Shown here piece after piece: positions 48,697 to 58,101 of a DNA stretch of 64,000 bases. The notes under the pieces are model-generated. The model ran no database searches. It worked only from the letters and a program-made list of their open reading frames with translations, and was not told the origin of the DNA. The first letter of the stretch is position 1. Each line of letters starts with the position of its first letter. Where the stretch lies: contig NC_092676.1 in assembly GCF_964355755.1 (NCBI RefSeq), positions 6,363,888 through 6,427,887 of the forward strand, in the 5' to 3' direction. The stretch comes from Antedon mediterranea (lineage: Eukaryota; Animalia; Echinodermata). The translations under genes were made by a program, and so were the position numbers.

Positions 48697-50172
48697 ATGT
48701 ACTGTCAATGTATACTCGTGTTGCTCGTCCAGTGTTTGTTGGTCGATGCTTCCACAATTACTGTTGGTCCTCAGGACACTAATGCAATTGAAGGAGGCAA
48801 CGTAACTTTGTATTGCACTGTAGACGAATTAGGATGTAACACGGTCATTTGGCATCGATATCGAGAAATATCAGTTAAATACAGTGAAAACAGAACGATA
48901 GAATCAAGTTTAGATATGCCTGATCGTTATAAAATTACTGGTGATGATGCTGAGGGAACATACAACTTGCAAATTACAGGAGTTACCATAAACAACGAAG
49001 GAGGCGAAGAGTACCAGTGCACAATCATGAGTAGTGATGGTGTGTTAGTCGATGCAAGTGAGCCTGCAGCTGAACTTAATGTTTATGAGGAGCCAATGTC
49101 ACCAACATGTACTGTGCATTTAAACCCTATAGTAGCTGGCGATAATGTCGAATTTACCTGTTATTTTGCAAGTTCGATACCAAAAGTGGAAATGAATTTA
49201 ACGAGTAATTCCAACACACTGTTGAGTGGGATTGTTGATCCTGCATTCGTCAATCAAGGAAGTACCAGTTCAACCTCTTTCGCTGTTACAGCAGAATATG
49301 ACGGTGCTGTGTTAAGATGCACTGTTGATAACCAGATATTCAATACGCCTTCTGAATGTTCTGTTACATTAAATGTTAAACATAAACCTGTCGTTGAAAT
49401 CACACAAAATGGGACGCTGTCTGATGGAAACGCTTCGTTTAAGTGTGGAGCTGTTTCAAATCCTGATGCTACTCAATTCAAGTGGAGTCTGTGTCTTGGA
49501 GACACTGACATGGAATGTATTGATCCTGGTGAAGGAACACTGACACTTGAAACAAGGGGCTTGTCAAACGAATGCGCGGTTTTTGGTTCTATGACATATC
49601 ATGTTTTTAAAAATGAAGAAAAAGAATTACCAGTATACCTCATGATAATAGATGACAATTTGATCATCTATGACAATATGTCGGTCACTCCATGTTTACT
49701 AGAATGCTCAGTTATGAATGAGATTGGAGAAAGTAAAGATAATTTTACCATTGATAATACTGTGTGTGTAATGGCTGTTGAACCGACCACGATTTTGGCT
49801 GAAACCTCAAAACCTACGACATTGTCTCTGTTGTCATCGAGAGTATTTAGGCCTACCGATTCCGGTGATCAAATGTCAACTAAGAACCCTGTTTACTGTA
49901 GTTGTAATGGAAGTTTAGATGGTTGGGTTTACTTTATCATTGGATTTACTTGTGGTGTCCTTTGTCTTCTTGTATTTATAATGGTATTGACGCGTCTGAA
50001 ACACAAAACCAACAAAGATGCTAATAAACCAGCTCAAGAAAGGACGGAAACGCCAGAACCAGAATACGAAAATGTAAACAAAATATCTCCCAACAATGAC
50101 AATTACATGGACTTAACAACCAGTGACGTCACGGGCGCAAGTGCGTACATGGAATTGACACCGACATCATAA
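48697..50172 (+). CDS. Type I membrane Ig-superfamily receptor (V/I-set + C2-like + third Ig-like domain, TM, Tyr-motif tail), single coding exon
   Basis: 491-aa ORF with a signal peptide, GGNVTLYC...VIW...YNLQITGV...YQC, further Cys-paired domains, TM WVYFIIGFTCGVLCLLVFIMVL and a tail containing YENV, YMDL and YMEL. Confidence 0.93.
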   Translation: MYCQCILVLLVQCLLVDASTITVGPQDTNAIEGGNVTLYCTVDELGCNTVIWHRYREISVKYSENRTIESSLDMPDRYKITGDDAEGTYNLQITGVTINNEGGEEYQCTIMSSDGVLVDASEPAAELNVYEEPMSPTCTVHLNPIVAGDNVEFTCYFASSIPKVEMNLTSNSNTLLSGIVDPAFVNQGSTSSTSFAVTAEYDGAVLRCTVDNQIFNTPSECSVTLNVKHKPVVEITQNGTLSDGNASFKCGAVSNPDATQFKWSLCLGDTDMECIDPGEGTLTLETRGLSNECAVFGSMTYHVFKNEEKELPVYLMIIDDNLIIYDNMSVTPCLLECSVMNEIGESKDNFTIDNTVCVMAVEPTTILAETSKPTTLSLLSSRVFRPTDSGDQMSTKNPVYCSCNGSLDGWVYFIIGFTCGVLCLLVFIMVLTRLKHKTNKDANKPAQERTETPEPEYENVNKISPNNDNYMDLTTSDVTGASAYMELTPTS

Positions 50173-52155
50173 TAACAACGAAAGCAGACAAGAGTATAAT
50201 CAAGCACACACGGTGTTTGTATAATAATAGAACCAGGAAGGAAATAAACAAAACAAGTATTTAACAAAACAATTCAGTATAGGCTAGGCCCAGATTCCGT
50301 AATACCTGCAAAGAACGCAAACGCATTATTTCAAGTTCCCTCTTGTATCAACATGGACGTTAGAATTGAATATAAACCTCTATAGTGCTTCAGGTGATAA
50401 ACGTGACAATGTTTTTTATGGAAGCAGAACGTTCGTGGAGTTTTTCTATTACCATGTAACAACTTAAATAGGCAAAAGCGTTCAAACCATTGTAACGTGA
50501 ATAGAACAGCTAAATTTCAGCTGAACTATGAAATAAATAATCCTCTACTTTAGAAGTATTGAACAAACAACCTCAATAAAATACATGCGCAGTGACGCAA
50601 TTACGCATCCTAAGGCACATGCCTAATGACCTGGAAGTACAAATTGAATAATTTATACTGTATAATAATACAGTGTAGTACCTCTATTGTATTACAAGAC
50701 AAACAACTGAAATACCGTAAAACCCAGAAAAGAAGCCCATGAACTGGGCTTCTTTTTTAGGACTCTTGTGTGAGCCTTTTTTGAGATAGATTTGTTACGA
50801 TACTTTTGCAAACTGAAAAATGAAAAATGCTGTAAATGTTGTGAATTATTGCTACAGTAGCGTTCTAGTAGAAAAATCATATGAGGATATTAAAGAGGAT
50901 AAAAATAAGAAAATAACGAAAAAAATGTAGAAAATGTTTAGAGATTCTGTAAGTTTTGCTTCTTAAACATTGAATGAATAAAGATGGTGGTTAACCACAA
51001 AAGAAAAAAAATCATATTATTTAAGACTACAATAAAATGATTTTTTTAGACATTCTCTGTCAAATTTACGTATTTACCGAAGAAACAGACAAGAAGAAGA
51101 TACAAGGTGCAATCAAAGTACCATTTAGAAAACATTTTTTGTAGGTTTTTTAAGCAAGGATTTTTTAATTTCCAAATTGTAATAAATATTGTGGAAATAA
51201 TTATGTTCTTCCCACGTGTCTGTAAAAAAAACCCAATTTAGTCTAGTTTAAACTAGGTCCTTATTGTCAAGAAGATAGACAATGTTGACGTGAGAGCAGT
51301 AGGCCTACTATGACGTTTCTAATCGAGAGTAAATTATTATTTCGAAGGAATTGATTATTAGCAACATAATACTTTTTTGCAAAATATTATTTCGAGGGGA
51401 CGCTGTACAGTCGTATTTCCGAGAGAGGGCGTATTAAATTAAAAGCAAGAAGCAACTACAAAAGTCATATAAGATCATATAGTGACTATGATGTGATCAA
51501 TTAATTATACTGAACTAATATTTTATTAATACTATCATAAATGGTCCAGTATTACTTTACTATATGCATTTATATTGTGCATCTTAGCTTATTTCATTGC
51601 TTGAGGACATTTTGTTTTTGTATTTATTTCAATAAGTGTGTTTTTAATCATTCTATTAACGTCTAACTATTTTCGTCATGTGCTGTCAATTTATACTAGT
51701 GGTTGTCCAGTGTTGTATCTGTTTGTTGATAGATGCTTCTACAATTATTGTTGGTCCTCAAGACACTATTGCAATTGAAAGAGGAAACGTAACTTTGTAT
51801 TGCACCGTAGACCAACTTGGAGGTAACACGGTCATTTGGCATCGATATCAACAAACAGCAGTTAAATACAGTGAAAACAGAACGATAGAATCAAGGTTAG
51901 ATATGCCTGATCGTTATAAAATTACTGGTAATGATGCTGAAGGAACATACAACTTACAAATTACAGGAGTTACCGTAGACAACGAAGGAGGCCAAAAGTA
52001 CCAGTGCACAATCATGAGTAGTGATGGTTTGTTAGTCGATTCAAGTGAGCCTGCAGTTGAACTTAATGTTTACGAGAAGCCAATTTCACCAACATGTACT
52101 GTGGATTTAAACCCTACAGTAGCTAGGGAGGATGTCGAATTTACCTGTTATTTTC

Positions 52156-55100
52156 TGTCACGAACTCCTCTCACGTATGTTTCCGAGCGGTTGAAAATAC
52201 TTTAGGAACTCCCTTGTGACATAAAAGTATACACACAAAATCCACAAAGTTGTAAAATAACTCAAAAACAAAGCTTTAATTTCAATCAACTTCAACTTTT
52301 AACAATCCAGTAAGCACTTTAAACAACAGCTTCACAATAACTTTACAATATAATATCCAACCTCTAATCCAACAACCTTCTTCAAAATAAATGCTTCAAT
52401 CAAAATCCTTCTCCCCTTACAATTGTCATACTTCCCCTTATATACAATATGTTCATAACCTTCTAGATCATTCCTTATACTTCTCATTATTACATGATTA
52501 CAGTTTCTATTAATAGGACTTCTGGAATGTTCTTGATTGTTCTTATTAATTATACATGGTTTCTTAAATCAAAACATCTAATTCTAGAATGTTCATGTAA
52601 ATACTATGTTACTCTATATGTTAGGGAATGGTAATTTATTACACTCCCCCCTCTTTCTGAGCTCAAAACTCTTTCTTGGAGTTTTGAGGGGCAAGTATAC
52701 ACGGACGTGGCAAAATTTAACCCACTCCTAGTCTATAAAACTTAATTACACCATAATAACATACAACATAATTATTAATGAAAACTAATAATGAACCAAC
52801 AATATTCATGTCAATTTGTCGGAATGGTTCACTAATTATTGGCATAGGAATCATCTGGGCCTTCAATTTAGTTTTATACTTTGAAGTTTTCTGACAAATC
52901 TCACAAGTGTTGCAATATTCAGTCACATCCTTTCTAATACCAGGCCAAAAGAATCTTTGCTTTATCCTATCTAATGTCTTTTCCCTACCTAAATGACCTG
53001 CCAAAGGAATATCATGTGAGACTTTCAATACACTATTACGGCAAGGGTATGGAACTACTAATTGCTCTATTGGTTCTGTCTGGTGTTTAGTGAAAACCAG
53101 CCTAAATAAAATTCCATCCTTACAGACTATATTTATAGTGTCATCATCCTTCTGTACTAACATCTGTTCTCGAAGTGAAATTAAAGTTCTATCCTTAACC
53201 TGATAATCCTTAATTTTATCTCTGCCAATATCTAAAATGTCTAATTCACTATCTTGGCTAGATTGAGCTTCCTTTGTTTTTGCAAACTCTTTCCTAACTT
53301 TTCGTTTCTCACTTCTGGTTTTATGAACTTTTTCCTTGGGAGGGTTGTCACTGAGTATTTGGCCATCTAAATGTCCAAATTCTTCTTGAAAATTAACCAC
53401 ATCATCTAACTGATGTGAAATAACCCCAGAAGCTTTTTCCGACTTTAATTCGTTTTCCTCTCTTAGTTTTTCTTTTCTAGCATGATCTCTAGTGGCAACA
53501 AAACTATGCCTATCATGATTCCTATCCCCCTTCCCTAATAAGTCTCTAAATTTAGGAAAGTCCCTACCAAGAATTACATCTCTTGGTAAATCGCTGCAAA
53601 CGCCAACCAACAAATTATGGTCTTCGTTATTAACCTTAATATTGACGAATGCAGTAGGATAGGCTTGGACATGGTCATGGACGCACCTGCATGTAATTTT
53701 AGCTTGCTCCGCGCGATTAATTTTCTTAGCCGCTACTAAATCAGAATGAACAAGTGTCATATCACATCCAGAGTCTATCAAAATTTCACAATCACATCCT
53801 TCAACTAGGCCTCTACAAATGTAAGGTGTACATGGTTTTGAAACAGTATCTGTTTTTGTCAACAAAAAGCCATCCTTACTTCGACAAAATCGTTCTATGT
53901 GGCCTACTTTTTTGCACCGTCTACAAACGAGAGGTTGTCTAGCATCAGATTGTGATTTATGAAAGTTATCAGGGGGATTATTATTACCCTTACTGTCAAC
54001 TTCAGGAGTGCCTTTCACTGTTTTCTCCTGGTTGTTTCTATTTTCGTGTTTTCTATTTTGAAACTTTTTCTCAAAATCGATACCTTTTCTAGCTTGAAAA
54101 TAATTATCTGCTAATTCCGCAGCATTTAATCCCGAATCTGGTTTATGTTCTTTAACCCAAATTTGTACCCCTGTGGGCATAATATCTATCAATTGCTCTA
54201 AAATAACAATTTCAGCTAAATCATCTTTGCTTTTATCAGCAGGCCTAGCCCACTTAGTAAATAAATCTTTTAACCTAACATACATTTCTCTATAACTTTC
54301 TTCACTTTTCTTTTTAATTGACCTAAACCTTTGCCTATATGTCTCTTCAGTTATGTCATACCTTTGTAATATTGCTTTCTTCACTATGTCGTACTGGTTA
54401 CTTTCTGTCACTGGTAGTGATGCATAGGCTGCTCTTGCTTTGCCTGTCAAATGAGGTATTAGTTTTACTACCCAGTGTTCTTTTCGCCACTCATAGGTGT
54501 TAGCAATACGTTCAAACGTAGTGAGATAATTTTCAATATCATCACTATCAGAAAGCTTTGCAATCTGAACTTCCTTCAATCTCATTATGTCTTTTAATCG
54601 TTTCTCCTCACTGTCCTTTTGCTTGTCCATTAACGCCATTACTAATGCTTGCTGTTTCTCCATATCTTCCCTACGTAAACGTTCTTGTCTTTCCATATCT
54701 TCTTTGCGTAAACGTTCTTGTTTCTCTATATCTTCCCGACGTCTTTCATTATCTTCTTGACGTGAACGTTCTTGTTGTTTCATCATCTGCTGCATCATAA
54801 TATTCTGCTGTTGCATTTGCTGCTGCATCAACAACAAAAAATCTTTTGAAAATGAGTCAGCCCCTGTAGGGTTATGTCCACTGGTTGGTCCAGACTCTTC
54901 TGCCTGTTGTTCAGGTTGAATTGATTGAACTGATTCTACATCCGAATCAGTTTCATCGCCGCCGCTGTATTCTCTACCGGATCTTGTTGTTGATTGTTTA
55001 TCAGCCATTTTTTTTAATCTGGATGAGGGTCTTGTTACTAGTTAATCGTAGTTACCGAGACGTTCACAAGTCTACTGTTCCAAATAAATAATGTACTGTT

Positions 55101-55856
55101 CTTAAAACAATGTTTGTGTACTTACGATTAAACAAAACGTAGCACTACGGCTTCCGTATAATATCACAGTATCGTAAGTACCGCTTCCTCAAAATATCAA
55201 TAAAAGTACAGTTGATCCTAAAACAGCCACCAATCTATGGCAAAATACAGTAGATCAAACTGCTACCACAAAATATCACAACCGTAGATAAATACACAGT
55301 TAAGTCGAACAGTAGATCGAAATAACCGCTGCCACCAAATTAGGCTGAACACCGCTGCCACCAAATTATGTCACGAACTCCTCTCACGTATGTTTCCGAG
55401 CGGTTGAAAATACTTTAGGAACTCCCTTGTGACATAAAAGTATACACACAAAATCCACAAAGTTGTAAAATAACTCAAAAACAAAGCTTTAATTTCAATC
55501 AACTTCAACTTTTAACAATCCAGTAAGCACTTTAAACAACAGCTTCACAATAACTTTACAATATAATATCCAACCTCTAATCCAACAACCTTCTTCAAAA
55601 TAAATGCTTCAATCAAAATCCTTCTCCCCTTACAATTGTCATACTTCCCCTTATATACAATATGTTCATAACCTTCTAGATCATTCCTTATACTTCTCAT
55701 TATTACATGATTACAGTTTCTATTAATAGGACTTCTGGAATGTTCTTGATTGTTCTTATTAATTATACATGGTTTCTTAAATCAAAACATCTAATTCTAG
55801 AATGTTCATGTAAATACTATGTTACTCTATATGTTAGGGAATGGTAATTTATTACA
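52156..55856 (-). mobile_element. Non-autonomous Gypsy (Gmr1-like) LTR retrotransposon, 3701 bp
   Basis: 488-bp LTRs (52156-52643, 55369-55856) bounded TGT...ACA and identical by eye. TSD TTTTC. Minus-strand PPT AGAGGGGGGAG next to 52643. PBS TGGTGGCAGCGGTG next to 55369. Confidence 0.97.
52717..55008 (-). CDS. Gag (SCAN-like capsid, CCHC knuckle) - aspartic protease - integrase N-terminal zinc finger, truncated; no RT/RNase H
   Basis: DDIENYLTTFERIA...LTGKARAAY...YRQRFR...ILEQL; CRRCKKVGHIERFC; LIDSGC; SHDIPLAGHLG...RFFWPG...CEICQK. Confidence 0.93.
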   Translation of the reverse strand: MADKQSTTRSGREYSGGDETDSDVESVQSIQPEQQAEESGPTSGHNPTGADSFSKDFLLLMQQQMQQQNIMMQQMMKQQERSRQEDNERRREDIEKQERLRKEDMERQERLRREDMEKQQALVMALMDKQKDSEEKRLKDIMRLKEVQIAKLSDSDDIENYLTTFERIANTYEWRKEHWVVKLIPHLTGKARAAYASLPVTESNQYDIVKKAILQRYDITEETYRQRFRSIKKKSEESYREMYVRLKDLFTKWARPADKSKDDLAEIVILEQLIDIMPTGVQIWVKEHKPDSGLNAAELADNYFQARKGIDFEKKFQNRKHENRNNQEKTVKGTPEVDSKGNNNPPDNFHKSQSDARQPLVCRRCKKVGHIERFCRSKDGFLLTKTDTVSKPCTPYICRGLVEGCDCEILIDSGCDMTLVHSDLVAAKKINRAEQAKITCRCVHDHVQAYPTAFVNIKVNNEDHNLLVGVCSDLPRDVILGRDFPKFRDLLGKGDRNHDRHSFVATRDHARKEKLREENELKSEKASGVISHQLDDVVNFQEEFGHLDGQILSDNPPKEKVHKTRSEKRKVRKEFAKTKEAQSSQDSELDILDIGRDKIKDYQVKDRTLISLREQMLVQKDDDTINIVCKDGILFRLVFTKHQTEPIEQLVVPYPCRNSVLKVSHDIPLAGHLGREKTLDRIKQRFFWPGIRKDVTEYCNTCEICQKTSKYKTKLKAQMIPMPIISEPFRQIDMNIVGSLLVFINNYVVCYYGVIKFYRLGVG

Positions 55857-56599
55857 TTTTCAAAGTTTTATACCAAAGGTGGAAATGAATTTAACGAGTA
55901 ATTCCAACACACTATTAAGTGGAATTGTTGATCCTATATTCATCAATCAAGGAAGTACCAGTTCAACCTCTTTCGCTGTTACAGCAGAAGATGACGGTGC
56001 TGTGTTAAGATGTACTGTTGACAACCAGATATTGAACATGCCTTATGAATGTTTTGTGACATTAAATGTTAAACATAAGCCTATCGTTAAAATCACTCAA
56101 AATGGAACGCTGTCTGATGGAAACTCTTCATTTACGTGTGGAGCTGTTGCAAATCCCGAGGCTACTCAATTTAAATGGAGTCTGTGTCTTGGAGACAATC
56201 ACATGGAATGTGTTGATCCAGGTGAAGGAACACTGAATCTTGAACAGGACGACTCAGAAGGCTTGCCGACTGAATATGAGGTTTTTGGTTCTAATGTATC
56301 TTGTCAAGTTTTAAAAAATGAAGAAACTGATTTACCAGTATACGTCATACTGATAGATGAAAATTTGAACATCCCTGGCAACATGACGGTGACGCCATGT
56401 GTACTAGAATGCTCAGTTATAAATGAGATTGGAGAAGGTAACGATAATTTTACAATTGACAATACTGTATGTGTAATGGCTATTGATGAACCGACAACGA
56501 TTGCGTCAACCAAATCAAATCCTACCACATTGTTGTCTACAACTATGTCACCATCAACAACTACTGTACGTGATGTGGAAACTACCGGTACTCCGACAG

Positions 56600-57000
56600 T
56601 AACTACTGAAGAGGATGCCACGACAACAATAGCTACCGGAGAGTATGCAACGACAACGGTAGCTACCGGAAAGGATGCCACGACAACGGTAGCTATCGGA
56701 GAGGATGCCATGACAACGGTAGCTACCGGAGGGGATGCCACGACAACGGTAGCTACCGAAGAGGATGCCACGACACCGGTAGCTATCGGAGAGGATGCCA
56801 TGACAACGGTAGCTACCGGAGGGGATGCAACAAAAACGGTAGCTACTGGAGAGGATGCAACGACAACGGTAGCTACTGGAGAGGATGCCATGACAACGGT
56901 AGCTACCGGAGAGGATGCAACGACTACGGTAGCTACTGGAGATGAGGCCACGACAACTGTAGCTACCGGAGATGAGGCCACGCCAACTGTAGCTAGAGAG
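56600..57000 (+). repeat. Coding 30-bp VNTR (~13 x VATGEDATTT)
   Basis: GTAGCTACCGGAGAGGATGCCACGACAACG units, in frame. Confidence 0.95.
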
Positions 57001-58101
57001 ACGACTGTGGCAGAAATGACCACAAGTTCAGTTCCTAATGACAACAAGGCTGATGATACTGGAGGTGATAGTGGTTTAGAGAAAGGAGTTATCATTATCA
57101 TTGGCTTAGTTTCTGGTATAGTTGGTTTGATTCCATTTAGTGTTATATGTTATCAATTGAAACTCTTTTTAAAGAACAAAACCAAGAGAACTCCTTCTAT
57201 CGACGCATCTCCAGAAAATGGGACACAATAAGAAAATATAAATAAATAATATCTCCCACGATGAATATAATACAGAGTTAAATAGTGACGTCGCAGATGC
57301 TGATTTGTACATTGAATCGACTCATGATATAACGACTAACCAGACAATTTAGTTGAACCTCCACACACAATGTATAATGTGTGTAAAATGTGAACAGAAA
57401 CATTGATTCTCTGAATAGGTTGAACACAACAAAAACGTTCTCATCACGTGACCTAATAATACTGTCGCTAAGCTGTAATAGAAGATACATACTTCTAATT
57501 CAAACTACATACGTCGCATTTAAATTTGATTATTGTGTTGTCCTGTGCCTCCAGTTAAACCTAAACTATACTTAATTTCTCGAAAATTCTTAAACCTATA
57601 GAAAGTTGCAGTCCGCTCGCGAGCCACTTATATATATTTGGGATAAAGAAATAATTTTGAAATCTGTACATATATAGTAACACAATTAAAATAAATTTGC
57701 AATTTACGGAGTTCGTGCGTAATTGAGATTATTTCGATGGAATTAAAACGATCCGGGGATGATATTAGGCCTATATCTGGAAATGATATATTCGTTCCCG
57801 TTAGAAATATCTTTGTTAAATTTGTTCAACGCACGTTACATAACATAACTTAACATACATTACGTAAACATGTGTTAATCTGTAAATAAATAATTATGTA
57901 TTGTCTGATTTAAAGCATTTTGTCGTTTATTTTTACCTGCTTCTATTATTGCCCGGTTTTTTCCCATTATCTCTTAATAATCTCAGCTTTTTTATCGTCA
58001 GAACTTTGTTAGTTTATGTGAGGGCGCCCCAGCAGAGTAAATAAAAATCCTCATGATCGCGAGGTTTTGCACATTTTTTACGACAAAAGAAAGAAATAAT
58101 A

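Larger units (their letters stand above)
51678..57231 (+). pseudogene. Paralogous Ig-superfamily receptor with Thr-rich repeat stalk, disrupted by LTR element (reconstructed 615 aa: 51678-52155 + 55862-57231)
   Basis: Both halves align to the 48697 gene. Removing the element and one TTTTC gives the open junction FTCYFQSFIPKVEM (paralog FTCYFASSIPKVEM). TM VIIIIGLVSGIVGLIPFSVICY, then a short tail. Confidence 0.92.

Noticed and set aside
56304-57101. 265-aa antisense ORF
   Set aside because: Stop-free shadow of the 30-bp coding repeat.
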